Shown here piece by piece: positions 34,884 to 43,635 of a DNA stretch of 64,000 bases. Position 1 is the first letter of the stretch. Every line of letters starts with the position of its first letter. Source of the DNA: Candidatus Undinarchaeota archaeon (GTDB lineage: Archaea; SpSt-1190; JASMDC01); assembly GCA_964519305.1 (NCBI GenBank), contig CAZFHY010000001.1, positions 96,001 to 160,000 on the forward strand, in the 5' to 3' direction. The notes beneath the pieces were generated by a model that had not been told where the DNA came from, did no database searches, and worked only from the letters and a program-made list of their open reading frames with translations. Made by a program: the position numbers and the translations under genes.

Positions 34884-37730
34884 TCAGCCACCGTTCTGGC
34901 GCGGCCCCCGGCCTTCCTGCGAGCCTCGCCACTCGGGTGCATGATACCAATTGCTACGACCAGCGGCGGCGTTCTGACCGGGAGCGCTTGCAGGATAGTA
35001 CCCGGCTGTGTGCTGGTAAGTCGTGCGGCCCGTCGTGCCCTCTGTCGATGGGACTGTCTTGGCCACTCCATGTGAACTGCGTGCTAACGCAACGGAACCG
35101 GCGATCACTACCAGTAGGACCACACCGATGAAGATGCTCAGCCAGTTGATGGCACTGTCTGCACCACCGAGCCCGCCGATCCGCACCTCGGGTCGCGGAT
35201 TCAGTTCCTTGCACCGCCATCCCGGGAGCTTGACGAAGGTTATCTTCATGTCGCTCATGGCAGCGTTGTCCACCTGCTTCTTCACCGAGAAGGCGAGGTC
35301 CACCTTCTTCTTCCCCTTGAGACGGTCAACGCTCCACAGTACGACAGGGTCCTCAACTACAACCTTCACGTCCTGCTTGAACGTGAGGCCCTTCACGCTC
35401 TCGGCGAAGGTCTTGGGTATTACCTGCACTATACAGAAGTCCTCCTGGTCCTCTTCTTTTGTGTTCTCCACCGTTAGCTTCACCATGGTCGCTGTGGCCG
35501 CCTCTCCATCCGTCAACTCGCTGCCCTCCGAGTCGACCTGGACCACCTGACCGGTCACGCTCACGTCCATGACGGTACGGATGTTCTTCGAGGTCTCGAG
35601 CGCGTTCTCGGTCAGCTCCTCGGCGTCACCTCCGAACAGCTTCGAAAGATCGAACAGCTCCATTACGGCCGGGATGGCCACTGCCTCCGACTCCTGCTGA
35701 GGTACGAACTCGTGACGTGTAAGCGTGGTCACGCCCGTGTCGTCGTTCCGTACCGCATCGACCTCGTCCCTGATGCGGCCGATGGTCTCCCGGGCACCGG
35801 CGAGGTCCCCGTCCCCCAGCGACCGCCACGCGGCCTGCACCAGCCCATCGAGGTCAGGAGGTCGCTCTCCCTTGAGCGCCATCAGCACGAGCATCTTATC
35901 CTGGAACACAGGAGAGGTCAGGAGCCTTTCGAGCTCTAGCAGGTCGGCGCAGTTGTCGTTACACTCCACGGGCATCCCCGTGCACACCGCTGCGCATCCC
36001 GCCTCCTTGGCCATATCAGAGATTGCCGCTGCCAGCGGATCAGATGGGACGCTCGCAGGAGCACCTCCTTGGTCGAGGGTCGATTCGTCCAGCGTCGGCC
36101 GAGGTCCTGGCGTGCTGGCCGGACCGTCCTCAGGTTCGTCTGGTGAGGGCCCCGTACCGTCATCGGGAGCATCGGTGGGTGCGGCCGTGGCGACGGTTGT
36201 GGGCACAGTGGTGGCGTACTGTGTCGGGACAGTGGTGGGAACTAGGGTCACATCACCGTCAGGGAGGGTCGTGGGCACAACGGTCGGGACCGTGGTTGGG
36301 ACCAAGCTAGGGATGATGGTGGGGACCACGGTCGGGAGCGGAGTGGGGACCGGAGTAGGATTTGGGTCAGGTGTCGCTCCCGGTGAAGGGTCCGGGTACG
36401 GGTTCGGATCATCCTCCGGATCATCCTCCGGATCGGGTTCGGGTGTGGTTTCTGGGATGGTGGTCGCTGCCGGAGGCGTACCCTCGGGCTCCTCCTCGGG
36501 AAGGATCGTGACGTTGGGGAGCGGAAGAGGTGTCGGCTCGGCCATGTCATCGGGATCGGGTGTAGGTGTAGCAATCTCCAGAGGGCCTGCCCGGGGCCAG
36601 AACTCCACGTGGTAGAGGTCCGAGTGCCCGCGTGACGTTCCCTGCCAGACTATGTGCACTTTCCCCCGGTACGTGACGGCGATGGATGGGTTCGAGTCCT
36701 CTCCCTCGGCATCGCTCACCTGCTGTACGTCCCAGGTCCGGCCCAGATTGCTGGAGAAACCGTACACAATCTCGGAGGACATGCTCGTCCTGTGCTCGGC
36801 GGTCAGGAGCACACGCTTTTTCCCGGATGTGACGATCGAAGGACGGGACAGCTCCATCCCAGCTACTGCGTTCATCTCCCAGGTCGCACCACTGTTGCTT
36901 GAGCGGGCGATGTTGACCGTGATAGGACAGTAGGTCGCATTGCATGCAGGGTCCATCCCCTCCCAGGCCACGTACACGTCGTTACCGCGCACGGCTATGT
37001 CGGGATTCGTCTGACGCAAGGTGTCGGCGGTGATGTTGTGCAGGTCCCAGCTCAGCCCATTATCCTCAGAGACCGCGTGCAGGATGTCAACATCGATGCC
37101 CTCGTGTCGTTGCCAAGCCACGTGAAGGCGCCCGTTAGTTGTCACGCCCACCACTGGATTGCTATCGTCCGAGACCACTGTCGAGACCGCGCCTTGTGTC
37201 CAGGTCCGCCCCTTGTCCCAGGAGCTCGCCACCATGATGTCCCGTGCCCCCTCGGGCCCACGCTCCCAGGTCATGTGTACATCGCCGTTCGAGCGGACGA
37301 AGAGGGCAGGATTGACATCGAGCTCAGGCCCGTCGGTCACCCTCGTCACCGCCCAAGACTTCCCACCATCCGTGGAACGACCATGGAATATGTCGAATCC
37401 CTCATCCTGGACCTGGTACCATGCAACATGGATGGCCCATTTATGATGGTCGACGGCATGACGCGGGCCCAGCCCACAGGCGCTACCCCCTCCAGTCACC
37501 CTATGGGTCCGCCATTTCTTGGAGCGGAAGTCCTTGACGTACACGTTGAAGGTGTCGTCCCAGTCGGTGAACCAAGCGATCGTACGTTTGTGCTTGGAGT
37601 GATCTATGTTGATGATGGGGAAGAGATTGGCCCCCGCGTTGGAGGTGAGCCGGACAATCTTGCCGTCCTTGGCAGATCCCAGGAGGAGGAGCAAGACCAT
37701 AACCAGGACGAGTTGTCGTGTGCTCACCAT
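34884..37730 (-). CDS. Surface protein: BNR/Asp-box beta-propeller, Pro/Thr-rich linker, C-terminal domain and TM anchor
   Basis: Five SxDxGxxW-type boxes (STDGGKSW, SWDKGRTW, SEDNGLSW, SSNSGATW, SSNLGRTW); PTTVPT repeats; TM. Confidence 0.8.
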   Translation of the reverse strand: MVSTRQLVLVMVLLLLLGSAKDGKIVRLTSNAGANLFPIINIDHSKHKRTIAWFTDWDDTFNVYVKDFRSKKWRTHRVTGGGSACGLGPRHAVDHHKWAIHVAWYQVQDEGFDIFHGRSTDGGKSWAVTRVTDGPELDVNPALFVRSNGDVHMTWERGPEGARDIMVASSWDKGRTWTQGAVSTVVSDDSNPVVGVTTNGRLHVAWQRHEGIDVDILHAVSEDNGLSWDLHNITADTLRQTNPDIAVRGNDVYVAWEGMDPACNATYCPITVNIARSSNSGATWEMNAVAGMELSRPSIVTSGKKRVLLTAEHRTSMSSEIVYGFSSNLGRTWDVQQVSDAEGEDSNPSIAVTYRGKVHIVWQGTSRGHSDLYHVEFWPRAGPLEIATPTPDPDDMAEPTPLPLPNVTILPEEEPEGTPPAATTIPETTPEPDPEDDPEDDPNPYPDPSPGATPDPNPTPVPTPLPTVVPTIIPSLVPTTVPTVVPTTLPDGDVTLVPTTVPTQYATTVPTTVATAAPTDAPDDGTGPSPDEPEDGPASTPGPRPTLDESTLDQGGAPASVPSDPLAAAISDMAKEAGCAAVCTGMPVECNDNCADLLELERLLTSPVFQDKMLVLMALKGERPPDLDGLVQAAWRSLGDGDLAGARETIGRIRDEVDAVRNDDTGVTTLTRHEFVPQQESEAVAIPAVMELFDLSKLFGGDAEELTENALETSKNIRTVMDVSVTGQVVQVDSEGSELTDGEAATATMVKLTVENTKEEDQEDFCIVQVIPKTFAESVKGLTFKQDVKVVVEDPVVLWSVDRLKGKKKVDLAFSVKKQVDNAAMSDMKITFVKLPGWRCKELNPRPEVRIGGLGGADSAINWLSIFIGVVLLVVIAGSVALARSSHGVAKTVPSTEGTTGRTTYQHTAGYYPASAPGQNAAAGRSNWYHAPEWRGSQEGRGPRQNGG
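36170..36570 (-). repeat. Coding low-complexity repeat (PTxVPT / PEDD / PDP linker)
   Basis: Imperfect 12-nt periodicity encoding VPTT and PEDD repeats. Confidence 0.7.
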
Positions 37731-37815
37731 CTTATGTCCCGACCAGATTCTACAGATTACTCAATCTCTCGCCTGAGAGCTATTTATAGCTTAAGCTCTC
37801 CCCGGACTGCATCCG

Positions 37816-38256
37816 ATGGACGAGGAGACGGCAACACTCCTGCGACGGCTAGACAAGCGCGTGCGTGGCAGGGACCACTATCTTTCGTTCCCCACACGGT
37901 TCTGCATCGAAGGGATCGAGGAGGAGTTCTTCTCAAAGTTCCTCGTGGCCGCCGTGGCCCGCCAGAAGTACCCTGCATTCTTCCAGCTCGTGCGCAGACT
38001 GCGCTCCCGTATTATCGCGCTTCCCTGCGACACCATCTCCGAGCGCGTGGAGGAGGAGCTGGACCGGGACCGGATACCTCTCCTCCTCCTCCCTGCCGAC
38101 GTCCCCTCGAACCGCTATGAACGCGTGGACGGGCTCAACGTATGCGTTATGGACGTTGCCCTCGAAGAGTTCGAGCATATGGCTGCTGATCCGTTCATGG
38201 GCGACCTCTTCCCACCCGAGGTAGTCCGAGAGGTCAGGAAGGCGGCTCAGGCATAG
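37816..38256 (+). CDS. Hypothetical protein
   Basis: 146-aa ORF with TTTATA about 30 nt upstream; typical codon usage. Confidence 0.6.
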   Translation: MDEETATLLRRLDKRVRGRDHYLSFPTRFCIEGIEEEFFSKFLVAAVARQKYPAFFQLVRRLRSRIIALPCDTISERVEEELDRDRIPLLLLPADVPSNRYERVDGLNVCVMDVALEEFEHMAADPFMGDLFPPEVVREVRKAAQA

Positions 38257-38699
38257 GCAGCCTCCAGGAGCTGTTCACCCTCGCTGAAGATGCCATAGGC
38301 TCCCGATGCAGCTTCCTTGAACCGTCCGTGGAGCCTGTGCCAGTTGATGCGGCAGGACTCGATCGTCTCGAGGTCCCGGGCCATGGTGGCGATGCTCCGC
38401 AGGCACGCCCGAACAACGATCTCCTCATAGAGATACTTCTCCGTCAGTTTCATCGACACCTCGACAGGGCTCACGTCGCAGTGGACCGCCTGGGTCAGCA
38501 GGAAGTCCCTCGCCTCCCTGAAGGCGTGGCCGTGCCGCACCGCCTCGAACATGAGAGCGATGTAGCTGCGCAGAGCGCGAGGAAGCTCGTCCTCGTCCGC
38601 ACTGCTCCGGATCTCGGACGCAACTAGCGAGGCCTGCTCGCACACGCTCCGTTCGTACGCCCAGATTAGTTCCGATATGGTGTTCGATGTAGATTCCAT
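38247..38699 (-). CDS. Hypothetical helical protein (start refined to ATG 38699)
   Basis: GGTGA SD 6 nt before the ATG; coherent all-alpha composition. Confidence 0.6.
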   Translation of the reverse strand: MESTSNTISELIWAYERSVCEQASLVASEIRSSADEDELPRALRSYIALMFEAVRHGHAFREARDFLLTQAVHCDVSPVEVSMKLTEKYLYEEIVVRACLRSIATMARDLETIESCRINWHRLHGRFKEAASGAYGIFSEGEQLLEAAYA

Positions 38700-38703
38700 A
38701 GCA

Positions 38704-38796
38704 CTCACCGAGAAGAAGCTCGCGGTGCCTATCGCATAATAGGTACGACGGGTTTCTTCCCGGTCGTCCCTACCAGCAAGCTGGTATGCGATGGCA
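38704..38796 (-). ncRNA. Candidate structured 5' leader / cis-regulatory RNA (three-way junction plus SD-sequestering hairpin)
   Basis: Three nested stems found by eye; TATA TTTTAAAT about 25 nt upstream on the minus strand. Confidence 0.5.
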
Positions 38797-38900
38797 TAGC
38801 AGGAACTACTTCTTCATCGTATTTAAAATTAGACCGGGGGCGGGGATTCGTAAACGTGGTACGGGACTGATACCGGAGGCGTGTACCATTTTGGATGTAT

Positions 38901-40121
38901 CTAGAAGAACCTCAATCTCGCGAGGTTGACGACCGCCATACTGAGCGGGAACCCGACGGTCGACAGGAACTTCGTCAGCGTCTCCTTGTCGAAAGGCCAG
39001 ACGGGCATATCGCTGGCCTTCCTGTACAGCTCTTCAAGGTCATTGAGCTTTCTGAGCTTCTCGGGATCCACGTCCCGGTCCTCGTCAAGGACCTCGTTGT
39101 ATATCGATTCGTAATAGGAATTGGTCTTCCGGCTCAGCCGGTCGAGCAGGTCGATCTTCTTCTCGCTCATGAGATGGTGGACCTTATGGAGGGGGTAGAA
39201 GAAGAGGAGCGTGGCGAGGGCCATGTAGACCACTATCCCGGAATAGACCACCCACAACTGGGACGGGCTAGCGGTGAACAGCCCGACGCTGAGCCAGATA
39301 CCGACGGCCAGGAGGACCGAGTCGACGGAGAAGCTCAGGTCGCCCAGAGGCTTCAGTCCGCCGGAATGGTCGGGGTGAAGCGGCTGGACGTTCAGGTCGA
39401 ACTCATCGCTCAGCCGTCTCAGGTAGAACACGGTCACGAGCACCTTCCATACAATGAGAGCGAAGAAGACCGCTATGAGCATGTCCCCGAGGACGTAGGA
39501 GCCTCTCGTCACCGGGAACCGGTCCACGGTGCACCAGTCGTACTCGCCTACGGGGATGCTGAAGTTGACCACACCGACGATGAGCGCGAACACGAGAGCG
39601 AGGAGGTATGCGTCCTTGTGATTGAGACGTCGCTCGAAGTCCTTGAGGAAGCTTCGGTACTCCTCGCGGAGCTGCTCGAGGTCCGAACTATCCCCCTCCT
39701 TCAGAGAGATTGTCTGCTGGTCCCACAATCGGTCGTAGCAGAGATTGGTATTGCGGAAAAGACGCTTGATCAGAGGGATGGAGAGGATGAGTATCAGATA
39801 GCCCGGAACGCGCCATCGCGATGAACAGGGCAGGTGCCACAACGCCCAAGCTCCAGAGGCGAGGCGACTCCCCCCGAAGGGAGCGATGCTACGGGCGCTC
39901 GTGCCAGTGGCATCGGCCATCTGTTCCGCGGTGGGGAGGCCGTGGTACCCGATTATGGATAGCAGGATGCATAGGAAAAGAACGACAATGAGATGGAAAT
40001 TATCCATGAGCCCCTTGACGTAGGGATTGTCGACCAACGTGATCTCATAGAAGATGCCAGCTACATCGTCATCTTTTAGATCCAAGGTAGATACCAACCC
40101 CCGCAATAAGGTCCTGAACAC
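38901..40121 (-). CDS. Polytopic membrane protein
   Basis: Multiple TMs; motifs PLHPDHSGGLKPLG and MPVWPFD. Confidence 0.7.
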   Translation of the reverse strand: MFRTLLRGLVSTLDLKDDDVAGIFYEITLVDNPYVKGLMDNFHLIVVLFLCILLSIIGYHGLPTAEQMADATGTSARSIAPFGGSRLASGAWALWHLPCSSRWRVPGYLILILSIPLIKRLFRNTNLCYDRLWDQQTISLKEGDSSDLEQLREEYRSFLKDFERRLNHKDAYLLALVFALIVGVVNFSIPVGEYDWCTVDRFPVTRGSYVLGDMLIAVFFALIVWKVLVTVFYLRRLSDEFDLNVQPLHPDHSGGLKPLGDLSFSVDSVLLAVGIWLSVGLFTASPSQLWVVYSGIVVYMALATLLFFYPLHKVHHLMSEKKIDLLDRLSRKTNSYYESIYNEVLDEDRDVDPEKLRKLNDLEELYRKASDMPVWPFDKETLTKFLSTVGFPLSMAVVNLARLRFF

Positions 40122-40166
40122 TCACCTATAAAAAAATGTGGCACCATCAGCATCTCGGGTTCTACC

Positions 40167-40370
40167 ATGGAAAAGGGTTCTATCAAGATCGTGGGATACG
40201 GCGTACACTCCGGCGAGGGCCGGCTCAGCTGGACATGCAACTGCGAGGGCGAGCACGCGCCCCATCACGGGCTCCAGATGCAGTACGGGCTGCTGGCGAA
40301 GATCCGCTGCCCCAAGTGTGGGACCGAGGCCACTATACTTGGCGACGAGGTCCCCAAGATCCTCGAGTAG
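40167..40370 (+). CDS. Small zinc-ribbon protein
   Basis: WTCNC...RCPKCG; CTATAAAAAA about 35 nt upstream. Confidence 0.55.
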   Translation: MEKGSIKIVGYGVHSGEGRLSWTCNCEGEHAPHHGLQMQYGLLAKIRCPKCGTEATILGDEVPKILE

Positions 40371-40434
40371 TTAACAGGCCTGACGGCTCCTTCAACGGAC
40401 AGGTGACGGTCCGAGCCTTAGCGCTAATAAGCTA

Positions 40435-42891
40435 CTACCGGACGCTCGCCTCGAACTTCGCGCGGAAGTCCTTGTCCTGGCTGAACCGGGTTATGTAGTC
40501 CATGAACACCGGTAGGCTAAGGCTGCCCGGCTGCTGTTTGTGCCTGTAGTACAGGCTCTCCAGGAACTTCATCCGGACGTACCGCTCCCGTTCGTACTCC
40601 TGGTCGGTCATGTCCATGTTGTACTCGGCGATACGTCTCTCCAGGGGCGAGAGGCCTTTCACCATGCGCACCACCTGCTTGGACTTGGTGTCGTACTTGT
40701 ACACCTGCAGGAGCGGGGGGATGTCCAGTTCGGCGGGCTTGGACTTGTCGATCTCCACGATCTCGATGACGCGACGGAGCTGAACACGCTTGCGCTCCTT
40801 GGAGTCGTAGAACGAGAGTCGCCGCTGTACGAGGATGATGTCCAGGGTCTGGATATCCATGGGAGCGATGTTCATGGGAGGATTCTTCATGCGCTTGGCG
40901 GCCGACGTGGCGTCCAGTGCGTGGAACGTGCACATACATCCGCGTGCCTGTCCGGCCAGCACCGAGTTGATGAAGGCCCGCGCCTCTTCGCCCGAACGCA
41001 CCTCACCCACGATGACCCGGTCAGGCCGCATACGCAGAGTATCCTCCAGCAGGTCCTCCATCCCGATCTCGGCCTGGGGAACGGTGACGACCCGGGCCTG
41101 GTGGTTGTGGGGCAGGTTGATCTCGGGGGTTGACTCCAGAATGATGATGCGCTCGTCGGGCGGGATGAACGTCGAGATGGCATTGAGGGTGGTGGTCTTT
41201 CCCGAGCCGGTGTTTCCGCCGATGAGCATGGAGATCTCGTTCTCCAATGTCAGCCACATGTAGGTGAGCGCGTCGATCGACATGGTACCGAACTCGGCGA
41301 TCTCGATGGGGGTGAGCGGGTTCGCCCGGAACTTGCGGATGGTGATGAGCGAACCGGTCAGGGTCATGGGACTGATGCACGCATGGAGACGGGAGCCGTC
41401 GGGAAGCCGGGTGTTGACCCGAGGGTGCATATCATCGATCTTTGCCCCCGGCTGGGATCGCACCATGCGCTCGATGATGGCCCGCACCTCCATCTGACCT
41501 CCCTTGTCGGGATTGAAGAAGATGTTGGTCTTGAGCATCCCGTACTTGCGGTGGTAGACGTAGATAGGCCGCGCCTGGCCCACACCGATACCCATTACCT
41601 CCTCCAGGGCGTCGTCCTTGAGCAGGAGGTCGAAGGGACCGAACCCCGTGGAGTTGAGGGTCGCGAGCATGGAGAGAGGGTCCAGCTTCTCCGGGTCCAC
41701 GCCAGCACCCATGTACCGGGCCACCTCTAGGATGAACGCTTTCATCTGTTCGTACGTGGACGTGTTGAGCGAACCCGACTCGATGAACCGGTCGATGGAG
41801 CGCTTGATGATGGTACGTTCCACATCAGAGATCGAGGGTATGACGTTCACGTAGTACACGGGCTTGGGTTCGCTGGGGACCATGGCGATGGAACCGAAGG
41901 TACGGGCGGTGCCCTCGTCATTGATCACGATTGGCTCGAGCTCACGGATCGACTGGGCAGGGAAGACCGACAGCGACCATGTACCCGTGTCGACGGCAGC
42001 GCTGACCTGCTCGGCATGGACGGCCTCGATGGCGTTGAAGCCCTGGTTGGCGCATTCCTCTAGACAGAGGGGATGGTCGGCGACGCCGTAGCAGATGTCG
42101 CACTTCCGGGCGATGTCCCCGAGCACCCAGATGGAATCGTAGGGGCATGCTTTGACGCACTCGCCGCAGCCAGTACACCTGTCCTCCTGCACGCTGAGGA
42201 TGTCCTTGCCCGGCCCCACGGGCACGATGGCCTTCTCGGGGCACGCCTTGGCACAGTCCGCGGTCTCGGGCGTACAATGCTTGCACATGATGGGTGCATT
42301 GTCGAATTTGATCGCCTGCTTGGGGCACACAGGGACGCACTTGGCGCATCGCGTGCATGAGTTGTAGTTGATCGCGATCTTTGAGGACATGGGTGCCGAG
42401 GTGTTGGCAATCTTTATATGGGGTGTGTTTTCGGGCAGTTCCGATGGTGGGGATTCATCCCCCTTGCCCTTCTTCTTCCCGGTCTTTGCCTTCTGCGTCT
42501 GTCCTTTCCCCTTCGCAGGAGGCGCTTCCTTCTTCGGCGGGGCAGGGCTAGGAGCAGGGGGCGGGGTCTTTTTCTTTGGAGGCACCTCCTTCGGCGGTGT
42601 CGGCTTCGGGACCGGAGGCGGGGATTCCTTCTTGGAGGGTGCATTCTTCGGCGGTGAGGGCTTGGGTGCGGGCGGAGTCGTCGCCTCCGGAGGCGGAGAC
42701 TGTTCCTCCTTCTTGGGAGGTACCTTCTTCTTAGGAGTTGTCGGGATGGATACCCGTCGGGATTGTTTCTTTGTGCTGATGGCGTCGGGCATCCGTTCGA
42801 TACGCTGGAGCTTGGCGCCCTTCGCGCCTGCAGGCAGCCGTGGTGGTGGTGGTGGAGGTGCCTTCTTCTTCCCCTTCTTTTCCGGGCTCAT
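40435..42891 (-). CDS. VirB11/TadA/CpaF-family secretion ATPase with fused multi-[4Fe-4S] ferredoxin and Pro/Lys-rich N-terminus
   Basis: Walker A GGNTGSGKTT, LRMRPDRVIVGEVR, TFHA, RLPDGSR, ITIRKF; four Cys motifs upstream. Confidence 0.88.
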   Translation of the reverse strand: MSPEKKGKKKAPPPPPPRLPAGAKGAKLQRIERMPDAISTKKQSRRVSIPTTPKKKVPPKKEEQSPPPEATTPPAPKPSPPKNAPSKKESPPPVPKPTPPKEVPPKKKTPPPAPSPAPPKKEAPPAKGKGQTQKAKTGKKKGKGDESPPSELPENTPHIKIANTSAPMSSKIAINYNSCTRCAKCVPVCPKQAIKFDNAPIMCKHCTPETADCAKACPEKAIVPVGPGKDILSVQEDRCTGCGECVKACPYDSIWVLGDIARKCDICYGVADHPLCLEECANQGFNAIEAVHAEQVSAAVDTGTWSLSVFPAQSIRELEPIVINDEGTARTFGSIAMVPSEPKPVYYVNVIPSISDVERTIIKRSIDRFIESGSLNTSTYEQMKAFILEVARYMGAGVDPEKLDPLSMLATLNSTGFGPFDLLLKDDALEEVMGIGVGQARPIYVYHRKYGMLKTNIFFNPDKGGQMEVRAIIERMVRSQPGAKIDDMHPRVNTRLPDGSRLHACISPMTLTGSLITIRKFRANPLTPIEIAEFGTMSIDALTYMWLTLENEISMLIGGNTGSGKTTTLNAISTFIPPDERIIILESTPEINLPHNHQARVVTVPQAEIGMEDLLEDTLRMRPDRVIVGEVRSGEEARAFINSVLAGQARGCMCTFHALDATSAAKRMKNPPMNIAPMDIQTLDIILVQRRLSFYDSKERKRVQLRRVIEIVEIDKSKPAELDIPPLLQVYKYDTKSKQVVRMVKGLSPLERRIAEYNMDMTDQEYERERYVRMKFLESLYYRHKQQPGSLSLPVFMDYITRFSQDKDFRAKFEASVR

Positions 42892-43601
42892 GCGGAGAAC
42901 CCGGCCTCCTTCTCCATCTCCACGAGCTCCGAATCGAGCTGTTCGTCGTCGACCTTCACTGAAGCGGATTGGATGTCCCGCTTCTTGTCGCGGAGGTCTG
43001 CGAGCTTTTCTTCATAGCCCTCAAGGTCACGGTCGATGAGGGACAGCGTCTCCACGATGAGGTGGAAAGGATCCTCGTCCTGGAGCACCTCTTCCCGACG
43101 GCCCAAGCTCTCGGTCTCCTCCCTGGATATCTTCAGAGACTGCTGATGGTTGGCGATGCCTTCCACCATCAACCGACATTTCTTGACCAGGTTCTGCAGG
43201 TTCTCTTTGCTCTTGAGCTTGGCCTTTATTGCGAGCTTGTTCATGATGAAGGTCCTCGCCCCAGTGGCGTTCCCGCCCCGGAGGGTCATGAACGCCTCCT
43301 GATGGAAGTGCATGATCTGGTTGTTGTAGGTCACGTCCTTCTGCCGGATAATGTCGATCTCTTCCTCCGTCTTATCGACGAAGTCCTCGACCTCGATCCG
43401 CCTCTCCTTGAGCCGGTCATCGAGCGCCTCTATGTTCTGGATGATCTCGTAGGCGCGCGGGTCCGTGAAGGAACCACCCTTCCTCTTCTTCTTCAGAAGG
43501 AGGATGAGCACGATGGCGAGCACCCCGATCCCCCCAACTCCGAGGAAAAGGTAGAGCGGATCGATACCCAAGATGGGGTCCATGCCTTCAAAGGGGTTCA
43601 T
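42888..43601 (-). CDS. Membrane-anchored coiled-coil protein, PspA/Vipp1/ESCRT-III-like (start refined to MNPFEG)
   Basis: N-terminal TM plus KKKRK; long helices; AFMTLRGGNATGARTFIMNK hairpin; C-terminal VDDEQLDSELVEMEKE; ATGA overlap with the ATPase. Confidence 0.6.
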   Translation of the reverse strand: MNPFEGMDPILGIDPLYLFLGVGGIGVLAIVLILLLKKKRKGGSFTDPRAYEIIQNIEALDDRLKERRIEVEDFVDKTEEEIDIIRQKDVTYNNQIMHFHQEAFMTLRGGNATGARTFIMNKLAIKAKLKSKENLQNLVKKCRLMVEGIANHQQSLKISREETESLGRREEVLQDEDPFHLIVETLSLIDRDLEGYEEKLADLRDKKRDIQSASVKVDDEQLDSELVEMEKEAGFSA

Positions 43602-43635
43602 GCGCTCGGACCTCGGTGTTGAAATGATATAAAGC

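Noticed and set aside
36170-36570. Periodic repeats that might be a CRISPR array or VNTR
   Set aside because: Imperfect 12-nt coding repeats for a Pro/Thr linker; no constant repeat with unique spacers and no cas genes.
38740-38772. Stem-loop as an archaeal SECIS element
   Set aside because: No neighbouring gene shows an in-frame UGA at a catalytic Cys position, and its position fits a 5' leader better.
39800-39900. Possible compensating frameshift pair in the 38901-40121 gene (alternative frame reads LWSLGVVAPALFIAMA near a G6 run)
   Set aside because: The main frame stays open, and this cannot be separated from chance without reads or homologs.
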